Position numbers and translations under genes: made by a program. From a virus (Duplodnaviria; Caudoviricetes), in IMG/VR virus record IMGVR_UViG_3300020045_001610, positions 1 to 62,439 of that record: a DNA stretch of 62,439 nucleotides. One strand, written 5' to 3'. How positions within the stretch are numbered: the first letter of the stretch is position 1; every line of letters begins with the position of its first letter. The notes beneath the pieces were generated by a model that saw only the letters and a list, made by a program, of their open reading frames with translations, ran no database searches and had not been told where the DNA came from. Positions 6,283 to 15,431 of this stretch are shown here, piece after piece.

Positions 6283-9183
6283 ATGAATTACGCCGAAATT
6301 GCATTGCAATATTGTCATGATGTTTTGAACGACACTTTGCCCAATAGGAAAGCTTGTAAATTAGAAAAGCTGTCATGCCAACGTCATCTGAATAACTTGG
6401 CTCAACAGGACGATCCTGACTACCCCTATTATTGCGACGATAGGGCCGGTATTAGGCACGTCAAATTTTTGTCGAAGTTGCGCCACTCAAAAGGAAAATG
6501 GCGAGGCCAGCTTTTTGTTCCAGAACCTCACCAGATTTTTTATCACTTCTGTCTTTTTGCATGGAAGAAAAAATCTACAGGATTTAGAAGATTTAATAAA
6601 GCGTATCTAAAAATACCTCGAAAGAATGGCAAGGCGATTTCGATCAATACCCCTCTTCCAACACCTTTAGGTTGGACAACTATGAGTGAAGTAAAAGTTG
6701 GGGATTTGTTGTTTGATGAAAGTGGTGAAATTTGTACTGTACTTAACGCAAGCCCTGTTGCTTATGATAAGGAATGTTTTAAAGTAACTTTTGATGATAA
6801 CAGCTCGATGGTTGTTGACAAAGAACATTTGTGGACTACTTTCGACGCCGGTTCACGCCAAGCTATATCAAACTCAGGTATTAAAAACTACCCTTCAGAT
6901 TGGCCTGCGTGGAAATCACCTCGCGGTAAACAAGCCAATACTATTGATACGGAGCAAATTTTAAAAACACTTGACGTTAAGCCTGGATATAAAAATCATT
7001 CCATACCTGTGTGTGGTTCGATAAATATGCCTGAAGCAAATCTTGAAGTAGACCCTTTCATTTTAGGGGTTTGGCTGGGAGATGGTTCTAGTTCCTCCGG
7101 TTCTGCTCGTATAGCGGCTGATCATCTTAACGGGGATCAATCTTTAATTCGAGAAGAATTTCATCGCAGGGGTTATTTGACGACTACAATATCAGACCCT
7201 GTTCAATTTACTGTAACGGGTTTATTGCGCCAACTTTTTGATATAGGTGTAGTAAATAACAAACACGTACCTCAGCAATATTTAAGGTCTTCTGTTGAGC
7301 AACGTATGGACTTGCTGCGCGGATTGATGCTGACTGATGGTACAATTACAGTTCAAGGACAAGTGAATTTTGAAAATACAAATGAAAATTTAATCGAATC
7401 TGTTTTAGAACTTGCTGTTTCGTTAGGCCAAAAAGCTCGCAAACAATGCCTCACAAGGTTGACGTTGACTGGCAAATCAGTGTGGAGGGTTGAATGGTCG
7501 CCTACGTTAGATGTATTCGGCTTAGGTAGAAAATCCGAACGATTGAAAATAGGTAGTGCTCAATCAATTCGTCACCATCATAGAATTATTAGGAGTGTTG
7601 TTCCGGTCGAATCTGTTCCGGTAAAATGCATTTCAATTGATTCAAAAAACAATCTATATTTGGCAGGAAGACATTTTGTACCGACCCATAATAGCTTTTC
7701 GTCAGCGGGGATAGGTCTTTATATGGCCTTCGCTGATGGAGAGAATGGTGCGGAATGCTACTGCGCTGCGACAACTGAAGCACAAGCGGGAATGGTGTTT
7801 GCCCCTGCATGGAGCATGGTTCACATGGACAACGACCTGAAGGAGGCATTTGGACTCACTCTTGCGGGTACAATTCGCAACCCCACTAGCATATATCGGG
7901 CAGACGATCTTAGCCGGATGGAACCTATTATAGGTACGCCAAAAGACGGAAGTTCACCGAGCTGCGGAATTTGTGACGAGCTGCATGAGCACCCCTCAAG
8001 GGCTTTATATGACAGCCTTGACACCGGAATGGGTGCTCGCGAAGCCCCACTTTTGGTGGCCATCACGACTGCTGGAATTAACATTTCTTCATTCTGTTAC
8101 GAGCTTGAACTTGAAGCAATTCAAATTTTGGAAGGGACGTTAGAAAAGGAAAATGTTTTTGTAATGATCTTTGGTATTGACGTTGATGACGATTGGCGTG
8201 ACTTTGAAGTATGGCGCAAAGCCAACCCGAATTTAGGCGTAAGTATAAATGAAGAATATCTACTTGGCAAATATCAAGATGCGATGACAAACCTTTCACA
8301 GAGGGCCATTTTGCTCACGAAGCACTGCAACGTTTGGGCCAACGCAGGCGCAATGTGGTGCGATATGAATAAGTGGAATGAAAATGCAAGACCTGATATT
8401 AAAATTGAACAATTCTTAGGTAAAAAAGCAACTATTGCAATTGACCTTGCGAGCAAGATCGACATCGTAGCTGTTGAAATAATGTTTGAACTTGAAGACA
8501 TGCAATACAAAATATGCCCTCGTTGCGGCGAGCAAGTTCTATGGGAAAACGAAACATACATTTGCTCTAAGAACAATGCCGAAGGTGGTTGTAGCTGGCA
8601 GCGTAAATCTTCTAAGCGAACAATGACATTTAGTAAATTTTATTTGCCGGAATCCACCGTGCTGAAGAAGGAAAATAATCATTATCAATTGTGGGCAAAC
8701 GAAGGCTTGCTTACGGTAACTGAGGGTGAGCGAACTGACTTTCAAAAGGTAGAAGAAGATTTACAAGAACTTTGTAAATTGTTTATTGTGAGTGAAATTG
8801 TGTTTGACCCGAAGGAAGCGGCGTATCTCATACAGAACATTCAAAAGTGGTTTGGGGGTGAATGTATCGAATGTAATCAGTCGCCAGCGATGCTTTCTGA
8901 ACCTATGAAAGAGTGCGAAGCGATGATTGTCGATGGATGTTTCCTACATGATGGAAATAAAGTATTGACTTGGATGTTTGGAAACGTTATAAGACGACAA
9001 GGTAAAAGCGGCGGTAATGTTAAGTATGCTTATCCGTCGAAACAAAGTGAAGGATTGAAAATAGACGGAGCCGTGGCCTGTATCACAGGATTGTCACGTA
9101 TAATGACTTACGATACCGATTCGGGAGATTCATACAATGCGCGAGCCGCGAAGGGACAGTTGGAGATATTACGCGTAATTTAA
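6283..9183 (+). CDS. terL: terminase large subunit (intein-containing)
   Basis: Walker A PRKNGK|S split by intein, ICDELHE, ITTAG, IAIDLA, KIDG; AGGAG RBS. Confidence 0.93.
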   Translation: MNYAEIALQYCHDVLNDTLPNRKACKLEKLSCQRHLNNLAQQDDPDYPYYCDDRAGIRHVKFLSKLRHSKGKWRGQLFVPEPHQIFYHFCLFAWKKKSTGFRRFNKAYLKIPRKNGKAISINTPLPTPLGWTTMSEVKVGDLLFDESGEICTVLNASPVAYDKECFKVTFDDNSSMVVDKEHLWTTFDAGSRQAISNSGIKNYPSDWPAWKSPRGKQANTIDTEQILKTLDVKPGYKNHSIPVCGSINMPEANLEVDPFILGVWLGDGSSSSGSARIAADHLNGDQSLIREEFHRRGYLTTTISDPVQFTVTGLLRQLFDIGVVNNKHVPQQYLRSSVEQRMDLLRGLMLTDGTITVQGQVNFENTNENLIESVLELAVSLGQKARKQCLTRLTLTGKSVWRVEWSPTLDVFGLGRKSERLKIGSAQSIRHHHRIIRSVVPVESVPVKCISIDSKNNLYLAGRHFVPTHNSFSSAGIGLYMAFADGENGAECYCAATTEAQAGMVFAPAWSMVHMDNDLKEAFGLTLAGTIRNPTSIYRADDLSRMEPIIGTPKDGSSPSCGICDELHEHPSRALYDSLDTGMGAREAPLLVAITTAGINISSFCYELELEAIQILEGTLEKENVFVMIFGIDVDDDWRDFEVWRKANPNLGVSINEEYLLGKYQDAMTNLSQRAILLTKHCNVWANAGAMWCDMNKWNENARPDIKIEQFLGKKATIAIDLASKIDIVAVEIMFELEDMQYKICPRCGEQVLWENETYICSKNNAEGGCSWQRKSSKRTMTFSKFYLPESTVLKKENNHYQLWANEGLLTVTEGERTDFQKVEEDLQELCKLFIVSEIVFDPKEAAYLIQNIQKWFGGECIECNQSPAMLSEPMKECEAMIVDGCFLHDGNKVLTWMFGNVIRRQGKSGGNVKYAYPSKQSEGLKIDGAVACITGLSRIMTYDTDSGDSYNARAAKGQLEILRVI
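6634..7692 (+). mobile_element. class 3 intein with LAGLIDADG endonuclease (353 aa)
   Basis: starts AISINTP, EHLW, VKCISID, PTHN|S; LGVWLGDG and LRGLMLTDG. Confidence 0.88.
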
Positions 9184-9186
9184 TCC

Positions 9187-9215
9187 TTGCTTTGCAACGT
9201 AGTTTGTGTTATAAG
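9187..9215 (+). promoter_or_regulatory. sigma70-like promoter
   Basis: TTGCTT-17-TATAAG with extended TG. Confidence 0.5.
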
Positions 9216-9272
9216 TTATTCCACAAGTTATCTCACAAGTTTGACACTACATTTTAAGAAAGGAAATTTGGA

Positions 9273-9512
9273 ATGGGCCTTCAAGACGAACTGCGTGACG
9301 CAAAGCAATCAGCTAAAACTCACGAAGCTATTTGCCAAAATTTAATTGAGGAAAATAAGAAGTATCGCGCTGCGTTGGAAACAGCAGACCGGCGTTTGCG
9401 TGACATTGCCGCAAGAAATGGTGGCCCAACTTGGCTTGAAGCTAAACAAACTTTGAAGAGTGATTTAGACTTAATTCACGACGGAATACACGAAGCTTTA
9501 AAGGAGAACTGA
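9273..9512 (+). CDS. hypothetical coiled-coil protein
   Basis: AAAGGA RBS. Confidence 0.6.
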   Translation: MGLQDELRDAKQSAKTHEAICQNLIEENKKYRAALETADRRLRDIAARNGGPTWLEAKQTLKSDLDLIHDGIHEALKEN

Positions 9513-9513
9513 C

Positions 9514-9735
9514 ATGAAAGTTGCTATTATAAAAGAATCTGGTAGTTTGCTAGCCGTTTGCTCTACAATGAAAGTCGCAGAAGATTCTTTAAAGTTTTCT
9601 TATCACAAAAGACCTCAAGACTTGATTGAAACTTTCAGGGGCTTTGAAAAGATTGAATTTCAAGTTGCAGAGCCTATAGTTAAAACTTTTATTATTTATA
9701 CAACTGATGTAATTGAAACTATAGAACATTTATAA
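9514..9735 (+). CDS. hypothetical protein
   Basis: AAGGAG RBS. Confidence 0.6.
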   Translation: MKVAIIKESGSLLAVCSTMKVAEDSLKFSYHKRPQDLIETFRGFEKIEFQVAEPIVKTFIIYTTDVIETIEHL

Positions 9736-9748
9736 AAGGAGTCCTGAA

Positions 9749-9943
9749 ATGGAAATGCAATTCTTAACACTGCTGAAAGATCATAATGATTTTATGGATT
9801 GGCGTGATTTATGGTTTCCTGACGCAGATGATCTTGAAGAGCCGACGCACTTTCCCTGCTACGCAACGTCTGAATGTGTTGGTTGGGCTGACGTAGAAGT
9901 TGAAGGCGATTGCAAAGGCGACGCTCTGTTTTGGCCGCATTAG
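9749..9943 (+). CDS. acidic hypothetical protein, possibly truncated by premature TAG
   Basis: AAGGAG RBS; frame continues 14 codons past TAG. Confidence 0.55.
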   Translation: MEMQFLTLLKDHNDFMDWRDLWFPDADDLEEPTHFPCYATSECVGWADVEVEGDCKGDALFWPH

Positions 9944-10003
9944 CTTTATCACGATGATGTTGAAGAAATGCTTGAGAATTTGGAGTGAGAAAGGAATTTG
10001 AAT

Positions 10004-10201
10004 ATGAAAATCGGGCAATACGTAGCTGGTATGTTCAAACCTCAAATGCCAAATTTAAAAGTTACAGTTCGAGGTATAACTAAAGTGGTAGCAATTCATT
10101 GCACTAAATGCGGTATTCTAGTCGGCTATCGGCGTTTCGATGTCGATATACTTTGTGTTAATTGTGGGCAAACGCTATTGAGCGAGAAAGGGGAGTGCTA
10201 A
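10004..10201 (+). CDS. zinc-ribbon protein
   Basis: CTKCG...CVNCG. Confidence 0.55.
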   Translation: MKIGQYVAGMFKPQMPNLKVTVRGITKVVAIHCTKCGILVGYRRFDVDILCVNCGQTLLSEKGEC

Positions 10202-10581
10202 TGGAAATTGACAAAATTGCAAGTTTGCAACTACAGCCTGACGATATTTTAGTTTTGAATTATCAAGGTAAATGTAGCGACAAATTGTATGAGCATTTAA
10301 AAGCGACACTTGAACGCATTGCGCCAGGACACAAAGCATTAATTCTCGAACAAGGTATGACTTTGCAAGTTCTCAAACCTGTTCTTAAATGGACTTCTGA
10401 CTTACCGACGCAAGAGGGTTGGTATTGGTGGAAGATGTTTAACGGAACGGTAAAAGAATGCGTAGAAGTTTCGTTAAGTTCTGCCGGTCAGCTTGTAGTT
10501 GACGACGGCGATGAAGTGATTAGTTTGCCGACTTATGGTGGTGAATGGTACGGCCCAATTGAGCCGCCTGAATATCCGTAA
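10201..10581 (+). CDS. portal-clip-like domain fused to Trp-rich domain
   Basis: N-half aligns by eye with portal segment; C-half WTSDLPTQEGWYWW. Confidence 0.55.
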   Translation: MEIDKIASLQLQPDDILVLNYQGKCSDKLYEHLKATLERIAPGHKALILEQGMTLQVLKPVLKWTSDLPTQEGWYWWKMFNGTVKECVEVSLSSAGQLVVDDGDEVISLPTYGGEWYGPIEPPEYP

Positions 10582-10597
10582 AGGAAAGGAGGACTAA

Positions 10598-10807
10598 ATG
10601 GCTTGCGATATTTGTGGTAAAACCGGAGTTCCGTTGCAGCAACTTACCGATACGTATAAGACTGCCAAAATTAATGATCTTTGTGATGATTGTATGCGTG
10701 ATGTAAATAAAGCTCTTAGTGACATTCGATCTATGACTTATAAGATGAACACTTCTTTAACACAAAGATTTATGAATGTTATGAAAGAAAAATTTTTGGG
10801 GTGGTAA
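10598..10807 (+). CDS. zinc-finger protein
   Basis: CDICG...LCDDC; GGAGG RBS. Confidence 0.6.
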   Translation: MACDICGKTGVPLQQLTDTYKTAKINDLCDDCMRDVNKALSDIRSMTYKMNTSLTQRFMNVMKEKFLGW

Positions 10808-10823
10808 AAATAAATCTTGACAC

Positions 10824-10835
10824 TATCTGAATATA
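10824..10835 (+). promoter_or_regulatory. TATCTGAATATA box 1
   Basis: exact 12-mer also at 20690 and 28622; TTGACA at 10817. Confidence 0.55.
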
Positions 10836-10935
10836 GTGATACTTGAATATCCAACAAACGAGTTCCGCTTAACTACAAGCGAGATTTGCCGAAACAAACT
10901 GTTACCTTTGCCGGATAATAACCGACCAGGAAACC

Positions 10936-11136
10936 ATGTTCAAAAAACTTCTTCGCATAATGCCCGACATGTCTGTCTGCTTATTCCTTCTTGGAATAAT
11001 TGCCGTCTTTTTCGGCGTCTATCAGCTTTCAATCCCCAGTTCATACATTGTACTCGGTATCATGCTTATTGCTACGGCGCTTGTTAAAGCTCGCGCTGAG
11101 GCTATTGCTAAAGCTAAGCCTATTGGTGAAAACTAA
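10936..11136 (+). CDS. small two-TM protein preceding portal
   Basis: two hydrophobic segments; common position in HK97-like phages. Confidence 0.7.
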   Translation: MFKKLLRIMPDMSVCLFLLGIIAVFFGVYQLSIPSSYIVLGIMLIATALVKARAEAIAKAKPIGEN

Positions 11137-12485
11137 TGGGATTTCTCAGTTCGCTCTTTGAAACTCGTGCTTCAGTTGGGCCTTCCGTAAATATTAGCAA
11201 CGGCGGCGATTCGGCGTTAGCAGGTATGTTCGGCGGCACCGCAGGAACGGCTTCAGGCCAGAATGTTAACTCCGACACAGCATTAAAGATTTCTACCGTA
11301 TGGGCTTGCATGAATCGTCGTGGTAAAGCCTTCGCAATGTTACCGCTGCATGTTATGAAGGAATTGCCTGGAAACGGTCATGAGATAGCAAAGTCGCATA
11401 GACTATACAAGCAGATGCACTTGAAGCCTAACGCTTGGCAGACATCGTACGAGTGGCGCTTAACCGGCATGACACATCTTCAATTACGCGGCAACTTCTA
11501 CAATCTGAAGATAAGTACACCAGGACGCGGCCTGAATCAGCTTGTGCCGCTTGATCCTGATAGAATGTGGCCGTTTGTTATCACGCCTGCCGGTATCACC
11601 TATTACCTGAACGACAGCAGCCCAACGCCGCCTGCTGGCTCTAAATTGTTCTATCAGTATTTTGCGGTGAATGCTCAAAGTGAAATCTACACCGCTGACG
11701 AGATATTACATTTCAGGAATACGTCAACCAACGGTATTGTGGGCAAGACGTTAATACGTTTAATGGCTGAATCTGTCGGCCTGTCAATGGCAATGGAAGA
11801 ACAGGGAGCGCGATTGTTTACGAACGGCGCTCAAATTGGCAAGGTGTTTACTCACCCTGCTAAACTGGACGATCCGGCGTTTGACAGACTGAAGAAACAA
11901 CTTGACCAATATTCAGGCGCGGCTAATTCCCACAGAACAATTATACTTGAAAATGGAATGGATATTTCAAGTTTAAGTATGACGATGCAAGACAGCCAAT
12001 TTATTGAATCGAGAAAATTTCAAGTTGAGGACATCTGTTCATATTTAGATATTCCAATGATGCTAATTCATCGTTCGGGCGACAAGAATCAAACGTTTGC
12101 CAGTGCTGAAGTAATCATGCAAATGTTTATAACTTTGAACATGCAGCCTGATTTTGAAAACTTTGAACAGCGTCTTAAAGTAGATTTGCTTTACGACTCA
12201 GAACAAGATTACTATTTCAACTTTGACTTTGATGAACTTATGCGCGGCGATACAGCAGCAAGAGCAAGTTACTATCAGGCGCGTTTAAATACAGGCTCTC
12301 TGACACCGAACGATATTAAACGTAAAGAGGGTGAAAGCCCTTATGCAATGGAAGAGTGTGATGCTGTTTATATGGGTAGCGGTATACAGGCGGCAAAGAA
12401 CGTATTGAATCCGCCTGAGCCTATAGCTAAGCCTGAAGTTAAAGTTGAACCAAAAGTGGAGGACAAAAATAATGGCAAAGAATGA
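11136..12485 (+). CDS. portal protein, HK97 family
   Basis: VWAC...LPL, PNAWQT, LRGNFY, ILENGM, QFIESRKF, LTPNDIK. Confidence 0.95.
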   Translation: MGFLSSLFETRASVGPSVNISNGGDSALAGMFGGTAGTASGQNVNSDTALKISTVWACMNRRGKAFAMLPLHVMKELPGNGHEIAKSHRLYKQMHLKPNAWQTSYEWRLTGMTHLQLRGNFYNLKISTPGRGLNQLVPLDPDRMWPFVITPAGITYYLNDSSPTPPAGSKLFYQYFAVNAQSEIYTADEILHFRNTSTNGIVGKTLIRLMAESVGLSMAMEEQGARLFTNGAQIGKVFTHPAKLDDPAFDRLKKQLDQYSGAANSHRTIILENGMDISSLSMTMQDSQFIESRKFQVEDICSYLDIPMMLIHRSGDKNQTFASAEVIMQMFITLNMQPDFENFEQRLKVDLLYDSEQDYYFNFDFDELMRGDTAARASYYQARLNTGSLTPNDIKRKEGESPYAMEECDAVYMGSGIQAAKNVLNPPEPIAKPEVKVEPKVEDKNNGKE

Positions 12486-12654
12486 AATTAAAATAGTTGA
12501 AGAAGTAAAGCCCGAACTTACAGTGGCCGAACTTCAGCAGGAAATTTTTAACGTTAAACTTCGGTACGATTCTTTGCTGAACTATCTTAAACCTCTTCTT
12601 TCACATGACGCGCTTGTTCTTCTTGCTGAAAAGAAAAAGGAGATATTTGCATGA
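12472..12654 (+). CDS. hypothetical protein coupled to portal and bfr
   Basis: GGAGG RBS; overlaps both neighbours. Confidence 0.55.
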   Translation: MAKNEIKIVEEVKPELTVAELQQEIFNVKLRYDSLLNYLKPLLSHDALVLLAEKKKEIFA

Positions 12655-13121
12655 AAGTTTCCGGCGATATAATCAACATGCTAAACGCTCGTTTGGCTGA
12701 AGAACATGCTGCTTATGTTCAATACACTACTCATGCAAGTATGGTGGCTAATCAAGGCTACGCTAAACTTGCAGCTTACATCAAAGAACGTGCTGAACAA
12801 GAACGCGAACATGCTCAGGAACTTATTGATCGTATTCTTTTTCTCGAAGGTACTCCAATCTTTGAAATAGTTGCTCCTGTAACTGTGGGTAAAGATGTTG
12901 TTGAAATGTTTCCTCTTGACCAAACTTCTGAGATTAACGCTATTGCTGGTTACGCTGAAGGTATTAAGATTTGTATGGCAAGCAACGACTTTGGTACACG
13001 TAGGTTGCTTGAGCATATTCTTGAAGAAGAAGAATCACACCTTAACAAAATTGAAGAAAATATAAAGCAGATTGTAAATTCTGGAATTGAGAACTATTTG
13101 ATTGTTCAAATTTCAGAATAA
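12651..13121 (+). CDS. bfr: bacterioferritin (heme-ligand Met52 replaced by Arg)
   Basis: colinear with Bfr: E18, Y25, E51, H54, E94, E127, H130; RILFLEG.P; GIENYL. Confidence 0.9.
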   Translation: MKVSGDIINMLNARLAEEHAAYVQYTTHASMVANQGYAKLAAYIKERAEQEREHAQELIDRILFLEGTPIFEIVAPVTVGKDVVEMFPLDQTSEINAIAGYAEGIKICMASNDFGTRRLLEHILEEEESHLNKIEENIKQIVNSGIENYLIVQISE

Positions 13122-13131
13122 AGGAGTTTTT

Positions 13132-14061
13132 ATGAAACCTGAAATTAGAGATTTTGGAATTGAAATGGAACGAAGAACCTATGCAGCAGAACTGCGTATA
13201 GAACCTCCTTCCATTGGAAAGAGAACTCCGACAATAAGAGGTTACGCTGCAAAGTTTAATAGTCTTAGTGAAGTAATGCCGATGAAAGATGCTGACGGTA
13301 AGCAGATTTACTTTCGCGAGCAACTAATGCCAGGTTGCTTTGCAACAGCAATTCCAGTGTCTGACGTGCGTAGTTTATTCAACCATGATGTAAATCTCAT
13401 CATGGGGCGTACTTTGGCAGGTACTTTGAGAATTAAGGAAGACGACGTTGGTTTAGCATTTGAGAACGACCCGCCCGACACAACGTACTCACGCGACTTG
13501 CAAATTTCAATGCAACGGGGCGACATTACAAACTGTAGCTTTGGTTTTAACGTAGCTGCGAAAGGTGATAGTTGGGAACGCGATAGCGCAAACCCAGGTC
13601 AGTTTATTCGATCTATTCATACTATATCACGGCTGTATGATGCAAGTCCTGTGACGTATCCTGCTTACGTAGATACATCTTGCGCTCTGCGTTCAATGCA
13701 CTCTCAGATTGATGTTGAAGAAGCTGCTGAATCAAAAGCCGCCGCAGATAAATTGGAAGAACAACGCAAAATGGAAATGGAAAGTTTGGAATTGGAATTA
13801 ATGTTAGCCGAACATGATTCCGAAGGCTCTCCTGAAAAACGGGTAGACATGGGTTACGCTTCTTACAACACAATAGGCACTTGTGAGGAATGTAACGAAG
13901 AAGGTTGTCTTTGCCCAACTTGCGAAAATGTTAAAAATTGTACCCTTATGACTAAATCTGAAGGAGGTACTTGCACCAAATGTATGAAGCCTAGATGCCT
14001 GTGTTTAACGTGTCCAAATACCGACAAAGCCACGTTGATGAAGATGAACTATTTGTATTAA
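13132..14061 (+). CDS. HK97 prohead protease with Cys-rich C-terminal extension
   Basis: GYAAKFN, FREQ, LFNHD, GRT..GTL, CSFGF, SPVTYPAY. Confidence 0.92.
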   Translation: MKPEIRDFGIEMERRTYAAELRIEPPSIGKRTPTIRGYAAKFNSLSEVMPMKDADGKQIYFREQLMPGCFATAIPVSDVRSLFNHDVNLIMGRTLAGTLRIKEDDVGLAFENDPPDTTYSRDLQISMQRGDITNCSFGFNVAAKGDSWERDSANPGQFIRSIHTISRLYDASPVTYPAYVDTSCALRSMHSQIDVEEAAESKAAADKLEEQRKMEMESLELELMLAEHDSEGSPEKRVDMGYASYNTIGTCEECNEEGCLCPTCENVKNCTLMTKSEGGTCTKCMKPRCLCLTCPNTDKATLMKMNYLY

Positions 14062-14111
14062 GCAGAGCTGTAAACCCGCGAGGGAATTTTAAGTAATAAA
14101 AGGAGATTCAA

Positions 14112-15356
14112 ATGGCAACTTTGAACGAACTCCGCGATCTTCGCGGGACGGCAGTAGCAGAAGCACGAAAGATTAAAGACACCGCCGATGCAGCGGGTCG
14201 CCCCCTGAGTGCTGAGGAAAGATCAAATTTCGATCTTTACATGAACGATTCGATTAAGTACAAAGCTCAGATTGATGACGAAGTTCGTCTTCAGGACACT
14301 GAGCGGGAACTGGCAACTGTAGCAATTGCTGCCGCTGCTGACACACGCGGTAAAGGTGCAGACCCTCGGGATGAGTTTCGGGCTGACGCTTTCCGCAAGA
14401 TGATTTTGCAGGGTGAGCGTCATCTGAACATTGACGAACTGAACTCGCTCACCAAAGAGCTGATTACCACTCGCGGTCTTTCTGCCGGTACTGACATCAA
14501 GGGTGGTTTTACTCTCACCCCACAGGAATTTGTCAATCAGCTCCTGGTCAACGTCAAGAACCGTGTGTTTATGCGTGGACTTGCTACCATCATCCCTCTC
14601 AACGGTTCGATGTCTTGCGGCGTTCCTACCCTTGATACCGATGTTGGCGATGCTGATTGGACTCCTGAAGTTGGAACTGTCGGCGAAGACACCAACATGG
14701 AATTTGGCAAGCGTGAACTGAAACCACATCCTCTGTCCAAAATGGTTAAGGTTTCCGAACCTCTCCTGCGTAACTCCGCTCTGCCGGTTGAAGGTATTGT
14801 CAATGATCGTATGGGCTACAAGTTCGGCGTGGCAATGGAGAAGGCCTACCTGACCGGCAACGGCTCGCAGCAGGCTCTTGGTGTATTCACTGCAAGTGCT
14901 GATGGCGTTCCTACTTCTCGCGATATTTCCGAAGGCAATACCGCAACGGAAATCACCGCAGACAACCTGATTGCTGTTAAGTACAGCCTGAAGGCTCAGT
15001 ACATGAGCACAGCACAGTGGCTGTTCCACCGTGACGCTATCAAACAGCTCGCACAGCTCAAAGACGGCAATGGTCGTTATATGTTTGACCTTTCCGACAA
15101 ATCCGGTGTGCCTGATATGCTGCTCGGTCGCCCCCTGATGATGTCTGAATATGCACCTAACACTTTCACCACAGGTCAGTATGTGGGTATGTTTGCAGAC
15201 TTCTCACACTACTGGATTGCAGACAGTCTCGCACTTCAGTTCCGAAGATTGAACGAGCTGTTTGCTCTGAACAATCAGATCGGTTTTATCGCCCGTATGG
15301 AAACAGACGGAATGCCAACCCTCAGTGAAGCCTTCAGCAGAATCAAGTTGGGGTAG
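14112..15356 (+). CDS. major capsid protein, HK97 fold with delta domain
   Basis: N-terminal coiled coil, GGFTLTP, LTGNG, LKDGNGRY, ADFS. Confidence 0.95.
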   Translation: MATLNELRDLRGTAVAEARKIKDTADAAGRPLSAEERSNFDLYMNDSIKYKAQIDDEVRLQDTERELATVAIAAAADTRGKGADPRDEFRADAFRKMILQGERHLNIDELNSLTKELITTRGLSAGTDIKGGFTLTPQEFVNQLLVNVKNRVFMRGLATIIPLNGSMSCGVPTLDTDVGDADWTPEVGTVGEDTNMEFGKRELKPHPLSKMVKVSEPLLRNSALPVEGIVNDRMGYKFGVAMEKAYLTGNGSQQALGVFTASADGVPTSRDISEGNTATEITADNLIAVKYSLKAQYMSTAQWLFHRDAIKQLAQLKDGNGRYMFDLSDKSGVPDMLLGRPLMMSEYAPNTFTTGQYVGMFADFSHYWIADSLALQFRRLNELFALNNQIGFIARMETDGMPTLSEAFSRIKLG

Positions 15357-15394
15357 TTTTGAAACGTATTTTTTAATTAACATTTAAACTTAAA

Positions 15395-15416
15395 AGCCGC
15401 TCTTAATTGAGCGGCT
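15395..15416. terminator. hairpin after capsid gene
   Basis: AGCCGCTC/GAGCGGCT; no T tract on + strand. Confidence 0.45.
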
Positions 15417-15431
15417 ACAAGGAGAAACAAT

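Noticed and set aside
9214-9240. DnaA boxes
   Set aside because: only two imperfect matches overlapping a promoter start
14223-15029. 268-aa antisense ORF
   Set aside because: shadow of the codon-biased capsid gene
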